From Acutalibacteraceae bacterium (GTDB lineage Bacteria; Bacillota; Clostridia; Oscillospirales; Acutalibacteraceae), in assembly GCA_045541435.1 (NCBI GenBank), contig JAZQJD010000026.1, positions 164,842-228,841 on the forward strand: a stretch of DNA of 64,000 nt, in the 5' to 3' direction. The notes beneath the pieces are model-generated. The model was not told where the DNA came from, ran no database searches, and worked only from the letters and a program-made list of their open reading frames with translations. Made by a program: the position numbers and the translations under genes. Of the stretch, positions 31,921 through 41,186 are shown one piece after another. Position 1 is the first letter of the stretch. The number at the start of each line of letters is the position of its first letter.

Positions 31921-32571
31921 TTATACCATTTTTTCTTGTTTGACTTTGTGGTCGATTACGTGTCTTGATTTAAGCTCATTCATTATATCATCAACTGAAA
32001 TACCCATTTCAATCATAAGAACAAGAACATGATACATAAGGTCGGAAATCTCATAAATTGTTTCTGCTTTATCATCTGCTTTACCTGCGATGATAACCTC
32101 AGTACATTCTTCGCCAACCTTTTTGAGAATTTTATCAATCCCCTTTTCAAAAAGGTAGGTTGTATAAGAACCTTCCTTTGGATCAAGCTTTCTGCCCTCA
32201 ATAGTTTCAACAAGGCTCTGAACGCTGAATGCAGGTGATATTTCTTCGTTTTCAAAAACCGTATTGAAGAAGCAGCTTTCCTCGCCTGTGTGACAAGCAG
32301 GACCATCCTTTTTAACTCTTACTGTAAGAGCATCCATATCGCAGTCTGCGGTAATGCTTACAATATGCTGATAGTTTCCGCTTGTTTCACCTTTGAGCCA
32401 AAGCTCCTGCCTTGAACGGCTCCAGAAGCAAGTCCTTTTCTTTTCGAGAGAAATCATAAGGCTTTCCTTATTCATATATGCAAGAGTGAGAACCTCACTT
32501 GTTTCATCATCTACAACTATTGCAGGAATAAGACCTTTTTCATCAAATTTAAGCTTTTCTATATCAAACAT
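31921..32571 (-). CDS. hisIE: Bifunctional phosphoribosyl-AMP cyclohydrolase / phosphoribosyl-ATP pyrophosphatase
   Basis: HisI-like N-terminal half and HisE-like C-terminal half in a 216-aa ORF. Confidence 0.9.
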   Translation of the reverse strand: MFDIEKLKFDEKGLIPAIVVDDETSEVLTLAYMNKESLMISLEKKRTCFWSRSRQELWLKGETSGNYQHIVSITADCDMDALTVRVKKDGPACHTGEESCFFNTVFENEEISPAFSVQSLVETIEGRKLDPKEGSYTTYLFEKGIDKILKKVGEECTEVIIAGKADDKAETIYEISDLMYHVLVLMIEMGISVDDIMNELKSRHVIDHKVKQEKMV

Positions 32572-32572
32572 A

Positions 32573-33331
32573 TTATAACCTCACTGTTATGTTATTCTCG
32601 TTAAGAGTTTTCTTTAAATCGTCTATTGTTACTTCGCCATAGTGGAAAATTGATGCCGCAAGACCTGCGCTCACATCGGGAACAGTATTGAACAAATCAA
32701 CAAAATCCTGCTTCCCCCCTGCACCGCCCGATGCAATTACGGGTACATTCACAATATCGCAAACTGCCTTGAGCATTTCGATATCGAAGCCTTTTTTAAC
32801 ACCGTCGGTATCAATAGAGTTTACAACAATTTCACCGGCACCGTTATTCACGCCACGTTTAATCCATTCAAGTGCATCAAGGCCTGTGTTTTCTCTTCCG
32901 CCCTTGGCAAAGACCTTAAACTGTCCGTCAACCCTTTTCACGTCAACTGAAAGAACAACACACTGATCGCCGTATTTTTCAGCTGCTGCATGAATTAAAT
33001 CGGGATTTCTTATAGCACCCGAGTTAACGCTGACTTTATCTGCACCGCATTTTAAAACTCTGTCAAAATCATCGAGAGTATTAATACCGCCGCCAACTGT
33101 TAAAGGTATAAAAACCTTTGAAGCGGTTTGGGTAAGAATATCTGTAAAAAGCTTTCTTCCGTCAGAGGAAGCTGTTATGTCATAGAAAACAAGCTCGTCT
33201 GCTCCGTGAGAGCTGTAATATTCTGCCAACTGAACAGGTGAAGAAATCTCATTTAAATCTTTAAAATTTGTACCTTTAACAACGGTTCCGTTTCTTACAT
33301 CAAGGCATGGAATAATTCTTTTTGTAATCAT
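32573..33331 (-). CDS. hisF: Imidazole glycerol phosphate synthase cyclase subunit
   Basis: RIIPCLDV N-terminus in a 252-aa ORF. Confidence 0.95.
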   Translation of the reverse strand: MITKRIIPCLDVRNGTVVKGTNFKDLNEISSPVQLAEYYSSHGADELVFYDITASSDGRKLFTDILTQTASKVFIPLTVGGGINTLDDFDRVLKCGADKVSVNSGAIRNPDLIHAAAEKYGDQCVVLSVDVKRVDGQFKVFAKGGRENTGLDALEWIKRGVNNGAGEIVVNSIDTDGVKKGFDIEMLKAVCDIVNVPVIASGGAGGKQDFVDLFNTVPDVSAGLAASIFHYGEVTIDDLKKTLNENNITVRL

Positions 33332-34041
33332 TTTACTGCCTCCAAAGCCTCTCTTATTTTAATTGCGCCTGTGTAATAGGCTTTGCCGATAATTGCTCCG
33401 AAAAGGTTCATTTTATTAAGAGCGATTATATCATCAAGAGTTGAAACTCCGCCCGATGCAATTATATTAACGCTGAACTTTTCCGAAAGCTCTTTATAAA
33501 GCTCTCTGTTAGTACCCTGCATTGCACCGTCCTTGGAAATATCCGTGCAAATAACAGTTGAAACACCGATTTTCTGGAGCTTTTCAAAGAACTCAAATGT
33601 GCCGTATTCGGATTTTTCAACCCAACCTTTAATGGCAACCTTACCGTCTTTTATATCTGCACCAACTGCAATTTTATCACCGTAGGTTGCAACAGCAGTT
33701 TTAAGAAACTCTTCATCAGTTACTGCTGCCGTACCCAAAATAACACGGGTAACTCCTGCATCAAGATAGGCTTTAACGGTTTCCATTGAACGAATACCGC
33801 CACCAACCTCAACATTCAAGGATGTATTTTCAACAAAACTTTTTATTATATCAATATTGGGTGTTCCGCCGTCACGAGCGCCCTCAAGGTCAACTGTGTG
33901 AAGCTCGGTTGCACCTTGACTTTCAAAATCCTTTGCAATTTCAATAGGATTTTCGGAGTAGACTGTTAAATCATTATAGTTACCCTTTAAAAGCCTGACA
34001 GCCTTACCCTCATATAAATCTATTGCGGGAAAAATTTTCAT
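33328..34041 (-). CDS. hisA: ProFAR isomerase
   Basis: IFPAIDL N-terminus in a 237-aa ORF. Confidence 0.9.
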   Translation of the reverse strand: MKIFPAIDLYEGKAVRLLKGNYNDLTVYSENPIEIAKDFESQGATELHTVDLEGARDGGTPNIDIIKSFVENTSLNVEVGGGIRSMETVKAYLDAGVTRVILGTAAVTDEEFLKTAVATYGDKIAVGADIKDGKVAIKGWVEKSEYGTFEFFEKLQKIGVSTVICTDISKDGAMQGTNRELYKELSEKFSVNIIASGGVSTLDDIIALNKMNLFGAIIGKAYYTGAIKIREALEAVK

Positions 34042-34050
34042 TGTATTACC

Positions 34051-34662
34051 TCATATTTCACAGAATGCTTTCAAAATTGAAAGACCTACATCCCCACTCT
34101 TTTCGGGATGGAACTGACAACCAAAAATGTTGCCCTTGCCAACTGCCGCAGTTACAGGAATACCATATTCGGAAGTAGCAATAACGGATTCGTCACAATC
34201 GGTTGCATAATAAGAATGAACAAAATAAACGAAGTCCCCATCATTTATGTATTTGAAAATCGGGCTTTTCTCTCCTACAAAATCAAGAGCATTCCAACCC
34301 ATATGGGGAATGTTAAGGTTTTCGGGAATTTTATTTTCTAAAGGAATCACATTCCCCTTAAGAAAGCCTAAACCCTCATACTCACCATATTCAAAGCCTT
34401 TCTCAAAAAGCAGCTGCATACCAAGGCAAATCCCTAAAAATGGCTTTCCTTTTTCAGCTTCCTCTGTGATAAGCTCAACTAAACCCGATGAACGAAGCTT
34501 TTTAGCCGCATCACCAAATGCACCAACACCGGGAAGAATGATTCTGTCTGCCTCTTTTATTACATTTTCATCACTTGTTACAACTGCTTCAACACCTATT
34601 TTCTTTAATGAGCATTGGAGAGAGAACAAATTACCGACACCATAGTCAATTATTGCAACCAT
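34051..34662 (-). CDS. hisH: Imidazole glycerol phosphate synthase glutamine amidotransferase subunit
   Basis: Class I glutamine amidotransferase motif GICLGMQ. Confidence 0.9.
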   Translation of the reverse strand: MVAIIDYGVGNLFSLQCSLKKIGVEAVVTSDENVIKEADRIILPGVGAFGDAAKKLRSSGLVELITEEAEKGKPFLGICLGMQLLFEKGFEYGEYEGLGFLKGNVIPLENKIPENLNIPHMGWNALDFVGEKSPIFKYINDGDFVYFVHSYYATDCDESVIATSEYGIPVTAAVGKGNIFGCQFHPEKSGDVGLSILKAFCEI

Positions 34663-35249
34663 TATAAAACTCCTTTGGATGAGGGTATCTCATTTTTCAT
34701 TGTTTCGTCAATAGCAACTGCCTTTTTAAGAGTACGGGCAACGGATTTAAATGCACCCTCAATCAAGTGATGAGAGTTAACTCCGTCAAGCTGTTTGATA
34801 TGAAGAGTTATTGCACTATTGAATGCAAATGCCACGAAAAACTCTCTTAAAAGCTCGGTATCAAAATCTCCTACCATTGGTGCAGGAATATTCATATAAT
34901 ACTGAAGATATGCTCTGCCGGAAATATCAACCGCAGAAAGAATGAGAGCTTCATCCATAGGAAGAATTGTGCTTCCGTAGCGATGAATACCTCTTTTATC
35001 GCCTATAGCTTCCTTAAAAGCCTGACCGAGAGCAATTCCGATATCTTCTGTTGTATGGTGTCCGTCAACCCAGATATCACCGCAACATTTAACGGTTAAA
35101 TCAAACCTTGAATGCTTAGCAAAAAGAATAAGCATATGGTCAAAAAAGCCGATACCCGAATCAATATCGCACTGACCTGTTCCGTCAAGGTTAAGCTTTA
35201 CATATATATCTGTTTCTGCAGTTTTTCTTTTAATTTCTGCTATGCGCAT
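34662..35249 (-). CDS. hisB: Imidazoleglycerol-phosphate dehydratase
   Basis: 195-aa IGPD fold with conserved His/Glu residues. Confidence 0.9.
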   Translation of the reverse strand: MRIAEIKRKTAETDIYVKLNLDGTGQCDIDSGIGFFDHMLILFAKHSRFDLTVKCCGDIWVDGHHTTEDIGIALGQAFKEAIGDKRGIHRYGSTILPMDEALILSAVDISGRAYLQYYMNIPAPMVGDFDTELLREFFVAFAFNSAITLHIKQLDGVNSHHLIEGAFKSVARTLKKAVAIDETMKNEIPSSKGVL

Positions 35250-36314
35250 TTAAACTGCCTCCATAATTTCTTTGATTTTTTCAATAAGAATTTGCATTTC
35301 CTCGAGAGTACCGATAGTTATGCGGTTAAAATCCTTAATTCTTTCTTTTGTGAAATGACGAACAAGAACGCCTTTGTCCTTAAGCTTTAAATAAAGCTCT
35401 TCACCATCAATTTTTTCTGACTTTGCAAAAACGAAGTTTGCTTTTGATGGTAACACCTCAAAACCAAGGGCTTCAAGCTCTTTCGTTGTGTAATCTCTTG
35501 TTTCAATAATCTTTTTGCAATTATCTGTATAATAACTCTGAGAATCTATTGCCGCCGCACCTAAAGAAAGAGTAAGGCGGTTTATGTTATAAGGGTTGGT
35601 TGAATAACGAAGCTTGTGCAAATCATTGATAATTTCTTTACTACCGATAGCAAAGCCTAAACGAGCACCCGCCATTGAGCGTGATTTTGAGAATGTTTGA
35701 ACAACTAAAAGGTTATCGTATTTCTTAATAAGATTTACTGCACTTTCTGCACCGAAATCCACATAAGCCTCATCAATTACAACAACATAATCGGGATTTG
35801 ATTTAATAACCTTTTCAATTTCTTCGAGGCTCAGTGCAAGTCCTGTTGGTGCATTGGGGTTTGCAATAAAAACGCCACCGACAACACCGCAGAAATTTTC
35901 GTAATCAATAGAGAAATCCTCTTCCAAGGGAATTTCTGTATAATCAGAGCCGTGAAGATTTGCAAAAACGCTGTAAAAGCCATAGGTTATATCTGCAAAA
36001 TACGACTTTCTGCCGTTGGCACAATATGCCATAAATGCAAAGTTCAGAATATCATCTGAGCCGTTTGCAAGGAAAACATTTTCTGTTTCCACGCCATAAA
36101 GGTCAGCAAGCTTTTTAGTAAGAATTTTACCGTCGGGGTCGGGGTAAAGTCTTAAAAGCTCTGCTTCGCCTTTATTTGCCTGCGCAAGTGTTTCGGGACT
36201 TGGCGGATATGGTGACTCATTAGTATTGAGTTTTATATATTTTTTATCCTGTGGCTGTTCACCGGGAACATAAGCCGCCAGGGAATTATATCTTTCGTCA
36301 AGGAATTTACTCAT
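35250..36314 (-). CDS. hisC: Histidinol-phosphate aminotransferase
   Basis: Start set at MSKFLDERY, where a GGGGGAAGAG RBS lies upstream. The longer ORF in the track runs through the structured intergenic insert. Confidence 0.85.
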   Translation of the reverse strand: MSKFLDERYNSLAAYVPGEQPQDKKYIKLNTNESPYPPSPETLAQANKGEAELLRLYPDPDGKILTKKLADLYGVETENVFLANGSDDILNFAFMAYCANGRKSYFADITYGFYSVFANLHGSDYTEIPLEEDFSIDYENFCGVVGGVFIANPNAPTGLALSLEEIEKVIKSNPDYVVVIDEAYVDFGAESAVNLIKKYDNLLVVQTFSKSRSMAGARLGFAIGSKEIINDLHKLRYSTNPYNINRLTLSLGAAAIDSQSYYTDNCKKIIETRDYTTKELEALGFEVLPSKANFVFAKSEKIDGEELYLKLKDKGVLVRHFTKERIKDFNRITIGTLEEMQILIEKIKEIMEAV

Positions 36315-36332
36315 TGGATTACTCTTCCCCCT

Positions 36333-36607
36333 GGGGTGAGTGAAACCGAACCAAATAAGCCTAAAATGTCCGATTTTACGCACCTTTGTAATTTTTTTGT
36401 CTCGTAATACGCCAGTATTACTTCGCCAAAGGAAATCCCAAATGCACGCAAACTCGGGCATTTTAGGTTCTGCGAAGTTTAATACTTGGCAATTTTTTCT
36501 GTAACAAGGCAAAACTCGCAGGAAGGCTTTCTCCTTTCAAGAGTTTTAACGATGTTACAGGGAAAAGTGACTGTATTAAACCTTGTTTGGTTCAGTTTCA
36601 CTCACCC
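36333..36607. repeat. Inverted-repeat-bounded structured element between hisD and hisC
   Basis: 19-20-bp terminal inverted repeats (GGGGTGAGTGAAACCGAACC at 36333-36352 and GGTTCAGTTTCACTCACCC at 36589-36607). Nested internal inverted repeats are also present. Confidence 0.6.
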
Positions 36608-37865
36608 TTATACTTACACTCTTTGCGTGAGCGTGAAGTCCTTCTTCAGTAGCAAAGCGAACCACTTTATCGCCCACCTCTTTAAGAGCTTCTCTGCTGA
36701 AATATGAAAACTGAGTTTTCTTAACAAAATCATCAACTGAAAGAGGGCTTGAAAATCTTGCAGTACCGCTTGTGGGTAATGTGTGGTTAGGACCTGCAAA
36801 ATAGTCACCGAGAGCCTCGGGACAGTTTTTTCCTAGAAACACAGAGCCTGCATTTTTAACATAACCCAAATATTCAAATGGATTATCAACACAGATTTCA
36901 AGGTGCTCCGGAGCTAAAATATTTGAGGTTTCCATAGCTTCAACAAGAGAATCTGTAATAATAATTTTGCCGTTTGTATCAATGGAGCAACGGGCAATTT
37001 CTGCTCTTGGGAGCAAAGGAATCTGAATTTCAAGCTGTTCGCTTACTTTATTTGCAAATTCTTCGCAATCTGTGATAAGAACTGCGGTTGCCATTTTATC
37101 GTGCTCTGCCTGTGAAAGTAAATCTGCCGCAATATGAGCAGGATTGTTTGTTCCGTCAGCAACAACAAGAATTTCACTTGGTCCTGCAATCATATCAATA
37201 TCAACTGTGCCGAAAACCTGCTTTTTAGCTTCTGCAACAAAAGCGTTACCGGGACCAACAATTTTATCAACCTTGGGCACACTTTCTGTTCCGTATGCAA
37301 GAGCAGCAACTGCCTGAGCACCACCGATTTTGAATATTCTGTCAACCCCTGCGATACTTGCAGCCGCAAGAATTACAGGCTTGATTTTACCTTCTTTTGC
37401 AGGTGTTACCATAACAATTTCAGAGCAACCTGCAATTTTAGCGGGAACGCAGTTCATAAGAACTGATGATGGGTAAGAAGCTGTACCACCGGGAACATAA
37501 AGACCAACCTTTTCAATGGGTAACACCTTCTGACCGATTATAACCCCAGCATTATCGTTTATAACAAAGGAGTTGCGAACCTGCCTTGAATGGAAAGCGG
37601 TAATATTCTCTTTAGCCTGCTTTAAGATTTCGATAAGTTCAGCATCGACTTGATTTAAAGCAGCTTCAATTTCTTCTTTGGTTACTTCAATAACATCATC
37701 AACCGCACCATCGAATTTCTTGCTGTATTCAACAAGAGCTTTATCGCCGTTTTCACGGACATTTTTTATTATATCAGCAACAATACCCTCAACATCAATG
37801 GTCTGCTCGCTTCTTTCAAGAATTTCTTCTGTTGAGATTTCGCTACGCTTGTATATTTTAATCAC
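36576..37865 (-). CDS. hisD: Histidinol dehydrogenase
   Basis: 429-aa ORF with full-length HisD similarity. Confidence 0.95.
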   Translation of the reverse strand: MIKIYKRSEISTEEILERSEQTIDVEGIVADIIKNVRENGDKALVEYSKKFDGAVDDVIEVTKEEIEAALNQVDAELIEILKQAKENITAFHSRQVRNSFVINDNAGVIIGQKVLPIEKVGLYVPGGTASYPSSVLMNCVPAKIAGCSEIVMVTPAKEGKIKPVILAAASIAGVDRIFKIGGAQAVAALAYGTESVPKVDKIVGPGNAFVAEAKKQVFGTVDIDMIAGPSEILVVADGTNNPAHIAADLLSQAEHDKMATAVLITDCEEFANKVSEQLEIQIPLLPRAEIARCSIDTNGKIIITDSLVEAMETSNILAPEHLEICVDNPFEYLGYVKNAGSVFLGKNCPEALGDYFAGPNHTLPTSGTARFSSPLSVDDFVKKTQFSYFSREALKEVGDKVVRFATEEGLHAHAKSVSIRVSETEPNKV

Positions 37866-39454
37866 TGTTTTTCCCTCACAATTTCGTCTAATGAAGCTTT
37901 AAGTTTATCTATAATTTCAGATTTAAATTTATAGCTTGCTTTGTTTGAAATAAGCCTTGCGCTTATTGCCACAATAGTTTCTTTAGGCTCAAGACCGTTT
38001 TCAAGAAGAGTTGCACCTGTTTCAACAATATCGACAATAACATCGGAAAGGCCAAGAATGGGTGCAATTTCGATGGAGCCGTTAAGCTTTATAATATCAA
38101 TATCACGGCATTTATCTGCATAATAGCTTTTTGCAATATTGGTAAACTTTGTTGCAACTCTCAAGGTGCTTGTGCCGTTATCGGTAAACTCTTTTTTACC
38201 TGCAACACACATTCTGCATTTGCCCATATCCAAATCAAGAAGCTCATAAACATCGGGAGCATATTCAAGAAGAATATCCTTACCTGCAACGCCTATATCT
38301 GCCGCACCACGTTCAACATAAATTGCAACGTCAGAGGGCTTAACCCAGAAATAGCGAACCTTTTTCTCCGCATTTTCAAAGATAAGTCGGCGGTTTTTCT
38401 CGTGAATCTGAGGGCATTCAAACCCTGCACTTTCAAACATAGAATAAACCTTTTCACCCAGTCTTCCTTTAGGAAGAGCCACATTAAGCCAACCGTCGTC
38501 TGCAGTTTCTTCAACTTCTTCCTTATTTTCAAGAAGTCGGTCAACTTCATCAAGATAAACCGCAAAGCCGATTGCACCGGCTTTTTTATTAACTCGTTCC
38601 ATAAGCTTATCATATCTTCCGCCGGAAAGAACACTTGCGGGAACACCGTGAATAAAGCCTTTGAAAGCAATTCCGTTATAATAGTTCATATCATTAACCA
38701 ATGAACAATCAATATTGATATTATCTTCATAGCCTGCACCAATAAGCTTTTCACAAACCTTTGAAAGCTCGTTGAATGCATTCTGCATTTCGGAATTGAC
38801 AGCAACCGCACCGATTTTTTTGAGAACCTCAGAGGGCTTACCGCAGGCATTAACGATTTCGAGAAGCATATTAACAAGTGCTTCACCGATACCAAAGCTT
38901 TCGCAAAGTGTTTTTATAGCACCTGCATTTTTCTCTGCAATAGCAGAAAGTATCTCTGCTTTATTGCTCTCATTGAGCTCCATAGCATTAAAAATACCGC
39001 TTAAAAGACCTAAATGAGAAATATCAAGAACATAATTTTCGCTTATGGCATAAAGACTGCGGGCGGCAAGAATAATAACATCGCAAACATCGTTATCGGT
39101 AATGTCACCCATACATTCAATACCCGTTTGCATAATCTCACTGAAGCCACCTGCTTTTTTACTTTCACGGTAAACATTTTCATTGTAATAAACCTTTTGA
39201 ACTCCTTTAACGGAATCGTCAAGGTTTTTGATAATTGAAAAAGTTACGTCAGGCTTGAGAGCAAGGAGTCTGCCGTCTGTATCGGTAAAGGTAATACAAT
39301 TACCGCTTACAAGGAAGTCCTTGTTACTGCCATATAAATCATATTCCTCAAACTTGCTCATTTTGAAAGGCTTATAACCGAACTTTGTATAAAGAGAACG
39401 AAGCTCGAATATAATTCTTTCGGTGGGATTGAGAACAGAAGCATCAAAACTCAT
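37862..39454 (-). CDS. hisZG: Fused ATP phosphoribosyltransferase: HisZ regulatory subunit (N) plus HisG short form (C)
   Basis: The first ~315 aa are HisRS-paralog-like (HisZ). The last ~210 aa are HisG-short (LNVALPKGRL...). Read as a single uninterrupted ORF. Confidence 0.8.
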   Translation of the reverse strand: MSFDASVLNPTERIIFELRSLYTKFGYKPFKMSKFEEYDLYGSNKDFLVSGNCITFTDTDGRLLALKPDVTFSIIKNLDDSVKGVQKVYYNENVYRESKKAGGFSEIMQTGIECMGDITDNDVCDVIILAARSLYAISENYVLDISHLGLLSGIFNAMELNESNKAEILSAIAEKNAGAIKTLCESFGIGEALVNMLLEIVNACGKPSEVLKKIGAVAVNSEMQNAFNELSKVCEKLIGAGYEDNINIDCSLVNDMNYYNGIAFKGFIHGVPASVLSGGRYDKLMERVNKKAGAIGFAVYLDEVDRLLENKEEVEETADDGWLNVALPKGRLGEKVYSMFESAGFECPQIHEKNRRLIFENAEKKVRYFWVKPSDVAIYVERGAADIGVAGKDILLEYAPDVYELLDLDMGKCRMCVAGKKEFTDNGTSTLRVATKFTNIAKSYYADKCRDIDIIKLNGSIEIAPILGLSDVIVDIVETGATLLENGLEPKETIVAISARLISNKASYKFKSEIIDKLKASLDEIVREKQ

Positions 39455-39747
39455 TTTTCTTCTCCCCCTTTGAGCTTTTCGATTATCTTTTTATAACCAC
39501 CGTTACCATAGGAAAGGCAACGGTTAACCCTGCCGATTGTAGCAGAGCTTGCACCTGTTTCAGCAGTAATAGTTGAAAAGGTTTTACCCTCGTCAAGCTT
39601 CTTGGCAACACTAAGGCGTTGAGAAAGGGAAACAATTTCATTAATGGTGCATAAGTCCTCAAAAAACAAAGCACATTCCTCTTCATTTTCGAGGCTTAAT
39701 ATTGCTCTGTAAAGCTCGGTAACATCATTATTTTTTAAAGGTGTCAT
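39451..39747 (-). CDS. YerC/YecD-family TrpR-like DNA-binding protein (candidate his operon regulator)
   Basis: 98-aa TrpR-like HTH. Overlaps the hisZG start by 4 nt. First gene of the his transcription unit. Confidence 0.8.
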   Translation of the reverse strand: MTPLKNNDVTELYRAILSLENEEECALFFEDLCTINEIVSLSQRLSVAKKLDEGKTFSTITAETGASSATIGRVNRCLSYGNGGYKKIIEKLKGGEEK

Positions 39748-39962
39748 ATCTAAGACCTACGGCATTTTCTTAAAAGAAAAGCCCTTCCTTTCTGAAAAGT
39801 CTCATTTTTAAAAACGTGTTCATATGGTAGCACACTAAAGTGCTAAAGTCAATAGTCAAACACCATTATTTTTTCTGAAATTGAAATTTGTTAAAATGAA
39901 TAAAAACACTTGAAAAAATCAAGGGTTTTATATATAATACTAATTGCATTTTTAATATTTTT

Positions 39963-40038
39963 GCTGGAATAGCTCAGTTGGTAGAGCAGCTCATTCGTAA
40001 TGAGCAGGTCGCGTGTTCGAGTCACGTTTCCAGCTCCA
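39963..40038 (+). tRNA. tRNA-Thr (anticodon CGU)
   Basis: Cloverleaf folds by hand. 7-bp acceptor stem, D and T arms, anticodon loop TTCGTAA, and an encoded CCA. Confidence 0.9.
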
Positions 40039-40068
40039 AAAAAGACAGTCCTCGGACTGTCTTTTTTT
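40039..40068 (+). terminator. Rho-independent terminator after tRNA-Thr
   Basis: GACAGTCC-TCG-GACTGTC hairpin followed by TTTTTTT. Confidence 0.8.
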
Positions 40069-40071
40069 ATC

Positions 40072-40240
40072 CATTGCGAAAGCAATGGTATATCATCACA
40101 CTTTAGTGTGTATATCATCGCCAAAGGCGTATATCATCAACCACAGGTTGCATAATCTTTCGCAATGATGATATACAAAGCGTTGCTTTGGTGATATGCA
40201 ATTTCTGCAAAATTGATGATATACACACCTACGGTGTGAT
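40072..40240. repeat. Iteron-like array of 9-mer TATATCATC boxes, each beside a short hairpin
   Basis: Direct boxes at 40089, 40111 and 40130, with a degenerate fourth at ~40151. Exact inverted boxes GATGATATA at 40167 and 40215, plus a variant GTGATATGC near 40191. Each box abuts a different 4-6-bp-stem hairpin. Confidence 0.6.
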
Positions 40241-40475
40241 TTTTCTTACAAGAACTCAATGCAAGAATCCTGAACGAGCTCATTGAGAAAATTGTGGTAT
40301 CAGAAAAGGAAATTATAGACGGTGAAAAATATCAATGCGTGCATATATACTACAAGTTCGTAGGGTTGATGAGTATATAAAAAGAAGCTGATAAAATCAG
40401 CTCCTTGTTTATAAATTTATATATTGCTTTTATTTCAAAACAAAAAATTGTTTTGCACTTATTTTTTGTATAAAT

Positions 40476-41180
40476 TTAAACTTCTTCTGCTTCGTTCTTT
40501 TCGTTTTCAGCACCAAGAAAATCAATTTCGCCATTTTTATAAGCTTTTATAATTTTATTTAAAAGACTCCTTTTCAAAAAAACACTCTCAACCCAAAATC
40601 TTACAAATCTCCATTTTATGCCTTCTTCAGAAAACATCTTATAACTAGGTCTATTTATCTTTTTGGTAATATGTTTATCTATTCGCTTTTGCCACTTTTG
40701 AATATCTCCAATTAGCATCAAACCTACAAATTCATAGTTTGTTTCTCCAGTTTCATTCATAAATAATAGCAAGCACAATGTATATCTGTTCATAGCATAT
40801 AGATATGCTGATGTTGTTAAATCAAGATACCTTTCATGTTCTTCTCTACAATTTTGTATACCATCTAAAAATTCAATAAAAGTCTCCCTGCTTTCCATAA
40901 TTTCAGGATAATAAATATTATTAGAAAAAGTAGCATCCTCTGGCGTCTCTATATCATCACCAAACGAAAATATATCGATCGCAGCCGCTTTTAATTCCAC
41001 CTTTTTTACTTCTTCATACGCAGAAAAAATTTTTTCTCCCAATTTTTCTCTATAATTGATTTTTGTTTGTTTTTTTATTTTATGTAATTCAGCGATATGT
41101 GTAAGCAAAGCAGTAATTACAATAATTATCACTTTTTCTACTATGTCTTCTGTAAAAAAATCTTTTATAAGTTCAATCAT
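40476..41180 (-). CDS. Hypothetical protein (island cargo, no recognisable domain)
   Basis: 234-aa ORF. Second gene of a two-gene unit between the tRNA-Thr and its duplicated 3' end. Confidence 0.4.
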   Translation of the reverse strand: MIELIKDFFTEDIVEKVIIIVITALLTHIAELHKIKKQTKINYREKLGEKIFSAYEEVKKVELKAAAIDIFSFGDDIETPEDATFSNNIYYPEIMESRETFIEFLDGIQNCREEHERYLDLTTSAYLYAMNRYTLCLLLFMNETGETNYEFVGLMLIGDIQKWQKRIDKHITKKINRPSYKMFSEEGIKWRFVRFWVESVFLKRSLLNKIIKAYKNGEIDFLGAENEKNEAEEV

Positions 41181-41186
41181 ACTTAT

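Noticed and set aside
36315-36512. Longer hisC ORF starting at MPCYRKNCQV (36512) as given in the ORF track
   Set aside because: The conserved HisC N-terminus starts at MSKFLDERY (36314), which has a strong GGGGGAAGAG RBS. The 5' extension merely reads through the inverted-repeat structured insert and has no protein-like composition.
39748-39962. T-box or attenuator leader upstream of the his operon
   Set aside because: No specifier-loop or T-box (AGGGUGGNACCGCG) sequence and no terminator/antiterminator pair are present. A protein operator (the TAGCAC-N6-GTGCTA dyad) plus a TrpR-like first cistron is the simpler explanation.
40072-40240. CRISPR-like repeat-spacer interpretation of the TATATCATC array
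   Set aside because: The repeat is only 9 bp. The intervening units are themselves tiny palindromes. Half of the boxes are inverted. No cas genes are nearby. Iteron or arm-site architecture fits better.
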